Source: an uncultured virus (IMG/VR IMGVR_UViG_3300030010_000003)
Taxonomy: Duplodnaviria > Heunggongvirae > Uroviricota > Caudoviricetes
IMG/VR virus record: IMGVR_UViG_3300030010_000003
Strand: one strand, 5' to 3'
DNA: 64,000 nucleotides
The translations under genes were made by a program, and so were the position numbers. The notes beneath the pieces were generated by a model that was not told the origin of the DNA, did no database searches, and worked only from the letters and a program-made list of their open reading frames with translations. Below, in pieces: positions 18,001-27,500 of the stretch. Numbering within the stretch: position 1 is the stretch's first letter; every line of letters starts with the position of its first letter.

Positions 18001-19790
18001 TAGGCGAGCACCTTTCCGGAAACAGCTCCGGTGGTGTCCACATCAGTGGTCAAGCCCGCGAGCGCGGTGATCACGGTGGCGGGGGTTGCCGGGGCCCACT
18101 TGGTGCCGTTCCACGTCAGGACCTTGCCGGAGGCGATCCCGGTGGTGATCACGTCAGTGAGGGCTGCCAGCGTGGTGACTCCGGACGATGGCGTGGCGGG
18201 GGTCCACTTGCCGGTGGTGGAGTTCCACACCAAGACCTGACCGTTGGCCAGCCCGACGACAGTGACGTCCGTCTGGGTGGCAAGAGTGGTGGGGCCAGCT
18301 GCGCCGACGCCGGGGACCCACTGGATGCCGTTCCACTTCAGGACCTGCCCGGAGACGGGAGCGACCGTGGCGGTGTCGACGTCCTTGAGGTAGTCGAGCC
18401 CCAGTGTCACGGGGAAGACTCCCCCGGCCTGTGAGTAGGTCAGGACGTCCCCACCCAGCGCGGAGGCGAGGTGCACGTCCTTGAGCAGGGCGAAGGCGAC
18501 GGTGGCCTGTGCTTCGCTGCCGGAGGAGATCGGGGTGGAGGAGGTGCCTCCCAGCGCCGAGCCTCCCATCTTGTCGAGCAGCCGGGTGAGCCGGAGCGCG
18601 ACCGTCTCGAACTTGGTCATCACGGTCAGCTCGTAGGTGACCTCGGTGTTGGAGTTGATCCCGATGCTGAGGCTGGAGACCTGCACGACCTCGGTCTGGT
18701 ACTCACCCGTGACGGGGTCCTTGTCGCCGTTCTCGACCGTGACCCAGTCGTTGATCCCGAAGTCGTCAAAGGGGATCCGACCCTCGCGGGCGACGATGGA
18801 GAGGGTCCGTCCCACCAGCTTGTTCTGGAACATCTCAAGGTTGGACTCAGCGACGGCTGCCGCTGCCGTTGCGGAGGTCTCGCTGCCACCCTCAGCCCAG
18901 CCCTCACGGATGTGCGGGGTGGCGTCGGAGGTGCCCACTGCGGTGGCCATGGAGCCGTCGGCAGCCGGGGTGTAGATGTGGTTGGCAATCGTCCGGGTGG
19001 AGGACTTGTAGGTGTGACTCTTCTGGTCTCCGCCGATGAAGAACTTGATCTCCGACTCCCGGTGGGAGCCGACGGAATCCTGCGAGATGAAGAGCCGGAA
19101 GCCCTCCATCATCGTGAACTCCCACCCGAAGGAGTCAGAGAACCTCTGGAGGAGGTCCAGAGGGGTCTCTCCGGGGCTAACGCTGACGTCCTGAAGGTCG
19201 GTCCACGGCTGACCCTTGGAGTCCGTGTACTCGTCAAATGTCAGGTCGAGGAACATGAGTCCCCCGCGACCCTGAATGTGGCCGATCAGCCACACCAGAG
19301 CAGTCGCTGCGTGCACCCCGAGGAAGTCCTTGGACACGAAGGCATCGGTCAGGGCCTCATCATCGAAGGCCAGCATCGGGACCATGACGCCCCACTGGAG
19401 GACGGACAGGGTGCCCTGCCCAGCGATGGTGACCTGCTCACCGCCGTCCTCACCTGCGACGACGTCCTTCTCGACATCCTGCCCGAGCCACTCGCCCCGG
19501 AAGGCTCCGTTCTCGTAGACCTTCCACAGGTACTCACGGTCGAGGATCGTGCCCGCGATACCCGACGGCAGGGGCTCGGTCAGGACGGGAGCGCCCGCGT
19601 CAAGGGTGATCGACCCAGAGCCCTGCTCGGCGGAGGAGTCGCCGTAGGACATGTCCGAGAAGGTGTTGATCCGCGCGATGACGGTGGCCCAGTCGTCCGG
19701 GCTCAGGATCACGAACTCCCAGCCGGTGTTCTCCAGCGGGACCGGGGGCTTGACCGTGACCCAGACGGTGTTCGAGATGCGGATGGTCAT
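15078..19790 (-). CDS. Large minor tail/tail-fibre (receptor-binding) protein
   Basis: N-terminal tail hub-like region; about 36-aa repeats (LTDV..SGKVL.WNGTKWVP); F5/8 discoidin-like NAFDGNSATYWHS..PRDFMIQGSSDG; lectin-like C-terminal domains. Confidence 0.85.
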   Translation of the reverse strand: MTIRISNTVWVTVKPPVPLENTGWEFVILSPDDWATVIARINTFSDMSYGDSSAEQGSGSITLDAGAPVLTEPLPSGIAGTILDREYLWKVYENGAFRGEWLGQDVEKDVVAGEDGGEQVTIAGQGTLSVLQWGVMVPMLAFDDEALTDAFVSKDFLGVHAATALVWLIGHIQGRGGLMFLDLTFDEYTDSKGQPWTDLQDVSVSPGETPLDLLQRFSDSFGWEFTMMEGFRLFISQDSVGSHRESEIKFFIGGDQKSHTYKSSTRTIANHIYTPAADGSMATAVGTSDATPHIREGWAEGGSETSATAAAAVAESNLEMFQNKLVGRTLSIVAREGRIPFDDFGINDWVTVENGDKDPVTGEYQTEVVQVSSLSIGINSNTEVTYELTVMTKFETVALRLTRLLDKMGGSALGGTSSTPISSGSEAQATVAFALLKDVHLASALGGDVLTYSQAGGVFPVTLGLDYLKDVDTATVAPVSGQVLKWNGIQWVPGVGAAGPTTLATQTDVTVVGLANGQVLVWNSTTGKWTPATPSSGVTTLAALTDVITTGIASGKVLTWNGTKWAPATPATVITALAGLTTDVDTTGAVSGKVLAYNGTKWVPTTPTGGGTTALAGLTTDVDTSGVVSGKVLGFNGTKWVPVSQTGGGGALPIGGAVGDALRKNSVTDGDALWTSGGVFYENGYTPGKTYLPGQIMLRNGILWLCVTSNMTDPLNSGSASTTTGVDGTAFTRNNCASVDTTNHVVTLINNAGSAVASVISNETFIFATPLTLKWRGSTTTVADALAIGIVSSTQSATVATTVEALPSFYGVVWDVFNNLLKCYVAGVVLADTMALASDTNDDVWEIRYAATSISLYSSAGLLIKTWTVGNYAAMGATFRPAAGARTGGSAGVFKIYGSPVMPGTASDWVSVGKAVVGAPATVVQPVAIGDLVTASATGTQYTPTVVGVTAATVIDANPANQASNAFDGNSATYWHSTNAMPQWIAAQFSAIAKVVSVSIRIYTFSANRSPRDFMIQGSSDGTTWVDLTTYTGITWLIGQTQSFAVTTTTAYLHYRIYISASNGDNYQTIPEIVFTAAMPGATTLPVAATAGKVLTSDPTAATGMKWDTATGGGASTLDSLTDVATAGAVSGKVLGYTGTQWEPVTPSGGSGGSSDGMKAVWTKRLDASGMADLTGWTSRSGTWTSGGAYGVNQTSTLQDSWLEFNTDLGVKARAVQCTVRITADGTGLGVGFYSSGAWAAGGLGIGLQRAGAVSKIWWDRYGVGGSTFTMATSLALDTDYVLSVYQSVVLPTLFDVYVDHVYQVTITAAGAVNTGRVGLYSRTETGWIRNVTVWTGELSGSNPETPVVAPAAGIGDRRWNVPVGWTSFDEFNNASLDAAWVRVDKSGGTARAVWTEAADVLSVFNNGEDAASELHAMMRPLSGVGGSLIAGDAFVTHLSLNGSNGAYVMGGLVLADGVTSGAGTQLITLSFTNNGALSVDTRVMTNYQVAGAQSTTVGYPHGPLYERLVFLGGTTWRTDISPDGVSWVPGTTVSCAITPTHVGVHCSSWGSGIKGVSSYEFIRRVAGVT

Positions 19791-20704
19791 CAGGAGCCGT
19801 CCGTAACCAAGCGGAAGGAGACGCCCGGGGGGACAGCCTCGACGGGGATCTGGACTTCGATCACGGTGTGCTGCATGTCCATCTCACCCGAGAGCATGTC
19901 CATCTGCCGGGCGGCTGTGTAGGCGTTCACGGTCGGGGGGAAGGTCTGCCACGACGTGACGCTGAGCGGATCCCACTCCACACCATTCCTCCACTCCAGC
20001 GATCCGGCGTACTGACTCTGAAGATCGCCAAAGCCGAAGCCGAAGATTCGGATGCCGTCCCCCGCCCTGCCGTTGTCGGGAGTGACGAACCAGATCCGGG
20101 GGTCAGGGGTGCCTGTGTTGACGTCTCCCTCGTGGACGTACTCGACCGCGACCGACCTGCGGGTGACCTCCACGCCATGGTTGTAGTTGACGTACTCCTG
20201 TGCGACATCCTCGTGGACCTGCTCGATGCCGAAGTTCTGGAAAACGTACTCAGCGTCTGAGCCGACCATGGCCGGGTCGATGCCGAAGTTGGAGTACACG
20301 TAGGAGCAGGCAGCTCCGACCACTGTGTTGATGCCGAAGGACCAGATCGGGCTCCACACAGTCCACGCGGTGGTGCCGGTCTGGGCAGCTCGGGCTCGCC
20401 AGTAGTAGTTGGTCAGGTTGACCAGACCGGACGCCAGCGCCGTCACGAAGCCGTCCGGCTTGTTGGTGAGGGTCACATCCACCACGGGGGAGGAGAAGGT
20501 GTTCTCTGTCGCCACCTGAATCTGCACGTCGGTGTTGCTGGCGTCGGAGGAGGAGACCAGCACCTTCAGGGTGACCGTGGTGGTCGGGCTGGTGGTGGTA
20601 TCGGATGGCTCGATCTGGGAGACGGCCCACGCGGACACGGCAACAGTCGCTACGCCAGTGAGCTTGCGTAGCGCTCCGGTTCCTCCGGTGTCCAAGAAGG
20701 CCAT
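19790..20704 (-). CDS. Minor tail protein (FN3/IPT-like)
   Basis: QVATENTFS..NYYWRARA..WS (FN3-like); P..GRAGDGIRIFGFGFG (IPT-like). Confidence 0.7.
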   Translation of the reverse strand: MAFLDTGGTGALRKLTGVATVAVSAWAVSQIEPSDTTTSPTTTVTLKVLVSSSDASNTDVQIQVATENTFSSPVVDVTLTNKPDGFVTALASGLVNLTNYYWRARAAQTGTTAWTVWSPIWSFGINTVVGAACSYVYSNFGIDPAMVGSDAEYVFQNFGIEQVHEDVAQEYVNYNHGVEVTRRSVAVEYVHEGDVNTGTPDPRIWFVTPDNGRAGDGIRIFGFGFGDLQSQYAGSLEWRNGVEWDPLSVTSWQTFPPTVNAYTAARQMDMLSGEMDMQHTVIEVQIPVEAVPPGVSFRLVTDGS

Positions 20705-20714
20705 GGTCCGACTC

Positions 20715-21125
20715 CTACTGCTGGGTGATGGTCAGGCCCCCGGCGACGATGCGGGGGACATCCCCTGCACCGCTCACGGCGACGGTGGCGGTCAGGGGTC
20801 CTGCATATGTCAGGACTCCTCCTGCTGAGTTGTCGAAGGCTGCCCAGTGGGTCAGGCTGGCCTGCGAGTAGACCCCTGTGGCCGTGGCGAAGACGATGTC
20901 GGTGGCGTTGGTCACCGAGACCGCCGACCCACCGATGGTGCCCCAGAGGGCGATGTCGTTGGTCACGGCCTTGCGGGCGTACCCACCTGTGGAGGTCGGC
21001 TCGACACCGGCTCCTTCGGGGTCGCCGTTGAAGAGGGCGAAGTACAGGGTGGGCAGGGCGACGGCGCTCTTGTCTGCCCCGAAGTGGGAGCGGAGCGAGA
21101 TGTTGCGGGCGTTCACAGTGGACAT
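20715..21125 (-). CDS. Minor tail protein
   Basis: LYFALFNGDP..GGYARKAVT..IVFATAT..THWAAFD..GG pattern typical of phage tail proteins. Confidence 0.7.
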   Translation of the reverse strand: MSTVNARNISLRSHFGADKSAVALPTLYFALFNGDPEGAGVEPTSTGGYARKAVTNDIALWGTIGGSAVSVTNATDIVFATATGVYSQASLTHWAAFDNSAGGVLTYAGPLTATVAVSGAGDVPRIVAGGLTITQQ

Positions 21126-21128
21126 CGG

Positions 21129-21932
21129 TCAGCTCCAAGACTCTGCTTCGGCATACAGGCGGAACGTGTGCAGTCCCAGCTGTGCGTTGGATGGGGTGAT
21201 CCTCCGGAGGGTGAGGACCCCGGAGATGGCTCCGGGTCCGATGGCTCCGATGGTCTGCTGGGCAAGGAACAGGGTGTCCTTCGCGATGATGTGCTCCAGC
21301 TGGGCCGACGGAGTGGAGTCTGTCGGGGACTCCATGGCCACCACGACGTTGCGCGCCGTCAGCAGGGTGGAGGTGTTCTTCACCCGGAAGTAGCGGTCAT
21401 CGGTCGAGGACCTCGGGACGTTGCCCCAGTCGAAGTTGGAGGGGGAGACCCGCTCGTCTCCGAAGGCGCTCCACAGGATCAACTGGTCAAGGCTCTGACC
21501 CACCGTGTTCTCTCCGTACAGGTGAAGTGCGGTGAGGCTCCCGGGAGCTGTGAACTTCACAGCCTTGATGCCCAGCTTGGTGGTGCTGGAGTATGCGCGG
21601 TAGTCCGGGCTGATGGTGGAGCCGCCGCCAGCGGTGGACACTCCAGTGACCCACGTGCCGTCCACCCCATTGGTGGAGTCGACCGAGGTCTTCACCCCGA
21701 TCACGCCTCCTGAGGACCGCAGGAAGTAGCCGTCGAGGTCACGCTTCTGCGGGAAGATGACGATCAGCTCGTCGCCTCCGGACACAGCCGTCTGCACGGT
21801 CTCGTTGTTCAGGTTCACCAGATCGGCTGCGGACAGCTGCGAGAGGGTGTCGCCGGACAACCGGTAGACCTGTGTGCCGTCCTTGTCGATGGCCATCCGC
21901 CACGAGGTGGCATCGGGGTAGTTACCGGCCAT
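21129..21932 (-). CDS. Minor tail protein, paralog 3 of 3
   Basis: MAGNY..SWRMA.D.DGTQ...FP.KRDLD...FDWG.VPR...LRR.TP.NAQL. Confidence 0.75.
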   Translation of the reverse strand: MAGNYPDATSWRMAIDKDGTQVYRLSGDTLSQLSAADLVNLNNETVQTAVSGGDELIVIFPQKRDLDGYFLRSSGGVIGVKTSVDSTNGVDGTWVTGVSTAGGGSTISPDYRAYSSTTKLGIKAVKFTAPGSLTALHLYGENTVGQSLDQLILWSAFGDERVSPSNFDWGNVPRSSTDDRYFRVKNTSTLLTARNVVVAMESPTDSTPSAQLEHIIAKDTLFLAQQTIGAIGPGAISGVLTLRRITPSNAQLGLHTFRLYAEAESWS

Positions 21933-21944
21933 AGCCGTCTCCTG

Positions 21945-22799
21945 TCAGGCCCATGACTGGGCCTCCGAGAACACCCGGAAGGATCCGGCACCCAGCTGGG
22001 CATTGGCGGGGGTGAGCCTCCGGAGGGTGAGGATGCCAGAGACTGCGCCGGGGGCCAGCGTGGAGATCGTCTGCTGCGCCGTGTAGGACCCTCCGTTGAG
22101 GGACAGGGCGTGCTGGCCCGGTACCGACGGGCTCTGGTTGGTCAGCACCTCCATGGCCACCCGGACGTTGGTCGCCGTCTTGGTGGGGGACATGTTCTTG
22201 ATCCGGAACTGCCGGGTGTCCGAAGAGTTGCGGGGCACATCACCCCAGTCGAACCACGAGGGAGAGACCCGCTCGTCGAGGGTGGGGTGCCACACGAGGA
22301 GGCGGTCCAGCGTCTGACCTGCGGTGATCTCTCCGTAGATGTGGATGGCCATCAGGGCGGAGGCTCCGGCGAACTTCACTGCTTGAATGCCCAGCTTGGT
22401 GGTGCTGACAGCTTCGCGGTAGTCCGGAGCCACCTTGGCGTTGCCGTCGCTGAACGTTCCGATGGCGAAGGTGCCTGCGGTGGTCCATGTCCCATCCACC
22501 CCATTGGTGGAGTCGACTGAGGTTGTGACCGTGGCGGTGCCTCCTCCGAGACCTCCCGTCCTGCCCTTACCGAAGAAGGCGTCGAGATCCCGCTTCTCCG
22601 GGAAGATGAGGACGACCTCCCCGTAATCGAACATGCCGAAGGCAGTCAAGACGGCATCCCCGGTGGCCTCGTTGTTCAGGTTCACCAAGTCGGTCCCGCT
22701 GAGGGGTGTGACCACCCCGCGCACGACGCGGTAGCCCTGAGTGCCGTCCGTGTCGTATCCCATGCGCCATGACGGCGCGTTCGGGTAGTTACCTGCCAT
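21945..22799 (-). CDS. Minor tail protein, paralog 2 of 3
   Basis: Same conserved blocks as its neighbours. Confidence 0.75.
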   Translation of the reverse strand: MAGNYPNAPSWRMGYDTDGTQGYRVVRGVVTPLSGTDLVNLNNEATGDAVLTAFGMFDYGEVVLIFPEKRDLDAFFGKGRTGGLGGGTATVTTSVDSTNGVDGTWTTAGTFAIGTFSDGNAKVAPDYREAVSTTKLGIQAVKFAGASALMAIHIYGEITAGQTLDRLLVWHPTLDERVSPSWFDWGDVPRNSSDTRQFRIKNMSPTKTATNVRVAMEVLTNQSPSVPGQHALSLNGGSYTAQQTISTLAPGAVSGILTLRRLTPANAQLGAGSFRVFSEAQSWA

Positions 22800-22805
22800 G
22801 GCTCA

Positions 22806-23657
22806 TCAGCTCCACGTCGCTGCTTCGGCGAACACCCGGAAGGCGCTGAGACTCAGCTGTGCGTTGGCGGGGGTGATCCTGCGGAGGGTGAGGACGTCGG
22901 AGAGGGCTCCGGGGGCCAGCGTGGCGATGGTCTGCTGTGGCAGGTAGGACCCGCCGCCGATGGACAAGGTGTGCTGTGCCGGTACCGAGGGGGATCCATC
23001 GGTCAAGGACTCCATGGCCACCCGGACGGTGTTCGCCGTCTTCGCTGCGGCGAGGTTCTTCACCCGGAAGGTGCGGGAGGCAGAGGTGTTACGGGGGACG
23101 TTGCCCCAGTCGAAGTACGCCGGGGTGATGCGCTCATCAAGGGTGGGGTGCCACAGCGCGAGCCGGTCGATGCTCTGGCCTGCGGAAATCTCACCGTAGA
23201 GGTGGACAGCTGCGGGGTTGAACCCAGTGCCCAGCCCAGCTCCTGCGGAGATCCGGACGCCCCGGATCCCGAGGGCTGTGGCCGACTGAGCGTGGAGCCG
23301 GTAGTTCGGTACAACCGCCTCGACCACGCTGTAGGTGCCGCCGAGGTTCGTCCACGTGCCATCGGACCCGTTCGTGGTGTTCGTCGAGGTCTGCACCTGC
23401 GCGCTGAAGTTGTCCCTGTCACTGCCCGTGATCCAGTATCCGTCGAGGTCTCTCTTTTCAGGAAACAGGAGGATCAGGTACCCAGCCTGATTCTGGCTGA
23501 TGCCGATGTTGATGTAGTCGTCAGCTTCGTTGTTGATCGTGATGAGATTGGCGTTGGTCAGCTGCGTCAGAACGCCGGAGTTCATCTTGAAGCCCTGCGT
23601 GCCGTCGCGGTCGTATGCCATGCGCCACGAGGGCACGTCGGCGTAGTTGCCTGCCAT
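22806..23657 (-). CDS. Minor tail protein, paralog 1 of 3
   Basis: Start at MAGNYADVPSW, set by paralogy and an AGGAG RBS. Confidence 0.75.
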   Translation of the reverse strand: MAGNYADVPSWRMAYDRDGTQGFKMNSGVLTQLTNANLITINNEADDYINIGISQNQAGYLILLFPEKRDLDGYWITGSDRDNFSAQVQTSTNTTNGSDGTWTNLGGTYSVVEAVVPNYRLHAQSATALGIRGVRISAGAGLGTGFNPAAVHLYGEISAGQSIDRLALWHPTLDERITPAYFDWGNVPRNTSASRTFRVKNLAAAKTANTVRVAMESLTDGSPSVPAQHTLSIGGGSYLPQQTIATLAPGALSDVLTLRRITPANAQLSLSAFRVFAEAATWS

Positions 23658-23667
23658 GTCGGATCTC

Positions 23668-24507
23668 CTAGTCGAAGTACGCGGGACGCCACTTGATGAT
23701 TGCCTGACCGGAGCCAGCATCCCGGGTCAGTGTCACAATGTTGCTTCCGGAGGCGAGTCCGAACCATTGCCGCATACCCGAACGCGTGACCGCTCCAATC
23801 AGGTTCGCCCCGTCGGAATCGCGTCTTGCAGACATCTTGTCCACGTCCAAGGTCACTGTATCGGCAATAGCGACCGAAGACCCCAACTTGACCCAGTTCT
23901 GGGGGGCGAATGTTGCATTGGTGAGGACCGGGTTGGTCAGCTGACCCTCGAAGTCCATCGTGATCTTGTGGGTGCGCGCGTCCCCGGGGTTGGCGATCAC
24001 GACCGTCTCCCCCGCCTCGACCACGGTGGTCTGCTCCTCACCGAAGAACAGGCCCTCCAGCATGAGCAGGTCGACGGAGAAGGTGGCGTGCGCGTTGCCC
24101 TGCATGGTGGGGGCCATGACCCCGGTGTTCTCCACCAGTGCGGAGGCGGACATGACCTCGAAGGTGTCCGGATCGATCCAGCGCTTGGTCAACGTGAAGG
24201 GCATCGAGTCGTCCCTCCAGAAGAGCTGGCGCAGGGCCCTCCAGTTCTTCTGGAACTCCAGCTCGGTGCTGCGGGCCGTAGGAGCCCCGCCGTCAGCCGT
24301 GGAGCCCTGTACCCACATGGACAGCGACAAGGCCTTGGAATCGATGGTCTTGGCCTTGTGGAAGGTGCCCGGGTAGTAGGCGAGGTTCACGTTGGAGCCC
24401 CGGAAGTTGGCGACGCCGCTGCGGCCTGTGAGGGTGCGGATGTTCCATGCGAAGTTCTGGATCGAGACGCCGTCCACATCCCAGTAGACCGGGGTCGTGT
24501 TGGTCAC
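23668..24507 (-). CDS. Distal tail (Dit)-like protein
   Basis: Immediately follows the tape measure; NPGD, VTLDVD, LASGSNIV motifs. Confidence 0.7.
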   Translation of the reverse strand: MTNTTPVYWDVDGVSIQNFAWNIRTLTGRSGVANFRGSNVNLAYYPGTFHKAKTIDSKALSLSMWVQGSTADGGAPTARSTELEFQKNWRALRQLFWRDDSMPFTLTKRWIDPDTFEVMSASALVENTGVMAPTMQGNAHATFSVDLLMLEGLFFGEEQTTVVEAGETVVIANPGDARTHKITMDFEGQLTNPVLTNATFAPQNWVKLGSSVAIADTVTLDVDKMSARRDSDGANLIGAVTRSGMRQWFGLASGSNIVTLTRDAGSGQAIIKWRPAYFD

Positions 24508-27500
24508 TTGAAGTCACCTGCGTTCAGTCCGAGATGGGCGAGCTGCTGGGTCTTGGTCGTCAGCGAGTTGGTCGCACGCTCAGGCACCGGGTTCTGGATG
24601 ATGACGTCGCCGAAGGTCACGCTGTTGACCGTGGTGTTGCCACCGCCCCCGAAACTCGGGCCCCTGCCGCCACCGGGTGAGTTGGTGGGTGCCATGGTCG
24701 GCACGAGACCGCCACCGTTGAAGACCAGCTGGCTGCCACCGTCCTTGGGCTTGCGCGAGGAGCTGGCGGCTGCCGCGAGCAGCTGGGCGTAGGACATGAC
24801 GCCCGAGTTGAGCTTGACGAGGTTGTCGATCCCGACCCTGTCGACGATGCCCTTGCGGACGACGAACTCACCGGGAGTGAGTCGTGCTGCCACGGTGTCG
24901 CTGTTGCCATGTCCGGGGACGCCGCCACCACCCGCACGGTGGATCTCTCCGCCGTTGTGGGGCGTCTGGGTACCGTCGCCATGCCCTGCACCGAACCCTG
25001 CTCCGGCGTTGCCCCAGAAGTCCGTCCACCACTTGCCAATGGTGTTCTTGACGCCGTCCCACCAACGGCCCCACGCGGTGCTCACACTGTCGACGAAGTC
25101 GGTGGCGATCTTGGCCAGATCCCTGCCGAAGCCGGGGAGCGTCACGTTCCAGAACTTGTCCCACATGGGACCAATGCCGGAGACCCACTTCTGGATCTGC
25201 GCCTTGGCGTTGGCCAGCCACTTCGGGAAGGTGACTGCCCAGAAGTTGTTCCACGCTGGGCCGATGCTGGAGATCCACGAGCGGACGGCAGCCGACGCGC
25301 TGGAGATCCACGCGGGGAAGGTGACCGTCCAGAAGGTGGTCCATGCCACCCCGATACCTGCGAACCACTGGGTGACGGCTGCGGATGCCTGCGTGACCCA
25401 CAGCGGGAAGGTGACCGTCCAGAAGGTGGTCCACGCCGCTCCGATGCCTGCGAACCACTGACCCACTGCCAGCGTGGCGCTGGTGACCCACTTCGGGAAG
25501 GTCTCGGTCCAGAAGGTGGTCCATGCCGGGCCGATGCCCTCGAACCACTTGACGGTGGCTCCCAAGGCGTACCCCGCCCAGTAGGGGAACGTCTTGGTCC
25601 AGAAGTCGGTCCACGAGGTGCCAAGGTCGTCGAACCACTTGGTGGCCCCAGCGCCGAGGTCGTTCCAGAACTTGGGGACCTGCACCCCCCAGTACTCATC
25701 CCACAGCTTGCCGAAGTCGCCGAACCACTTGCTGATGCCCCCGGTGAGGTCGTTCCAGAACTTGGGGACCTGCACCCCCCAGTACTCATCCCACAGCTTG
25801 CCGAAGTCGCCGAACCACTTGCTGATGCCCCCGGTGAGGTCGTTCCACCACTTGGGGAGGGTGGTGCCCCAGAACTCGTTCCACCCCTTGACGAAGTCGG
25901 TGAAGAACTGGTCGATGTCCTCCTTGGCGGAGCCGAAGAATCCCACGAGGGCTCCGATGAGCCCACCGATGATCGCGCCGGGGACTGCCCCGATGCCACC
26001 GAACAGCAGGCCGACAGAGCCACCGATGCCTGCGCCTGTGGCTGCCCCGGAGAGGGTGTTGCCTCCGAGCCGCTGGCCGGATCCGTCCTTGCCCTCGGGG
26101 GCGTTGTTCGAGATGACGTCGCCCACGATGGTGCCCAGAATCGACGCGATGGCCGCGAGCGGGCCACCTGCACCCTTCAGGATCGACGCGAACCCCTTGA
26201 GGCTACCGAACCCCTTGATCAGGGTGGAGAAGCCCTTCAGACCTCCCCCGGAGAGGAGGACCTTGAAGCCATCGAGCAGGCTGCCTAGCCACTTGAAGCC
26301 CTTCAGCCCACTGAGGAGCTTGGGCAGCCCCTTGAACAGGCCGAACAGCTTGCCGAGCTTTCCGAAAAGGAACTTGGCTCCGTCGGCGATCCCATAGAAC
26401 ATCGCCTTGATGAAGCTGAGTCCGGTGTACCGCTTCCCGGTGATGCCGAAGAGCTTCATCAGGACGGTCTTCAGCGACTCGAAGAACTTGAGGATGCCAC
26501 CGGTCTTGTAGAGCTTGATCAGCCACCCGATGAGGTTCTCAAGGCCGGTGAACTTGGCCACGAAGGACATGGCTCCGATAGCTGCGGCGGCTCCGATGAG
26601 CATCTGGAGGACGGGGCCGATGACTGGCATCTTGATGACGGTCAGCAGGATGTCGAGGAGCCCGTTCAGGGTGTCGAAGAAGACCGCAGTGCCGGGGCCA
26701 TCCACCAGTGTGGTGATCAGGTCGACGATCTTGATCAGCGAGTCCACGAACTTGGGGCCAATGTTGGCCTTGCTCAGGGCATCGAACAGTGACGCCAGCT
26801 TGGGACCAAGATCGTCGGTGATCTTCTTGAAGATCTCCGTCATCTGCTTGATGTTCTTCGGGTCGGCAGCCTGCTTGCCGAACCACTTGAAGAAGGTGCC
26901 GAACATCCGGGAGATCTCGGACAGGAGGGGCTTGATGTCCTCAAGCCATTTCTTGAAAGGAGATCCCTTCTTGGTGGCTGCCTCGGAGGACGCCAGCCAG
27001 CCCTCGGTGGTCTTCTGGATACCGTCGGTGATCCAACCACCGAACGCCTCCGCCGCCTTGGCGAAGTTGAACAGGGTCTTGGCGATGTTCTTGATGATCT
27101 GCCACCACTGGCGCAGCGTCCCGAGGACACCCTTCGACCCGGTCTCCTTGTCACCCATCAGCCACTTGCTGAGGGACCCGCTCTTGCGGGCCTCCTTGAC
27201 CATGGCCGCGATGTTCTCGGCACCCTTCTTGAACCCCTTGGCGAGTTCGATCAGGAATGGCATCGCGATGACGGTGAGGTCCTTGAAGACGCCCCACAGG
27301 ACGTTCAGCCCGCCACCGATGGCGTGGATCAGAGGGACGTTCTGCTTGCCCAGCAGGATCAGGTCGCTCTTCCACTCCGGGGAGGAGATCATCCCGATGA
27401 ACTCGTGGGCGACGTCGCCGAGCGCACCTGCGGTGTCAGACAGCAGGCTCTGGATGGTGGGCAGCATCGAGCGCAGCTTGCCGGTGTCGTTGACGATCTT

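Noticed and set aside
17860..18360. Regularly spaced repeats (cccacttggtgccgtt) suggesting CRISPR or a DGR
   Set aside because: In-frame coding repeats of the tail fibre; no cas or reverse transcriptase gene
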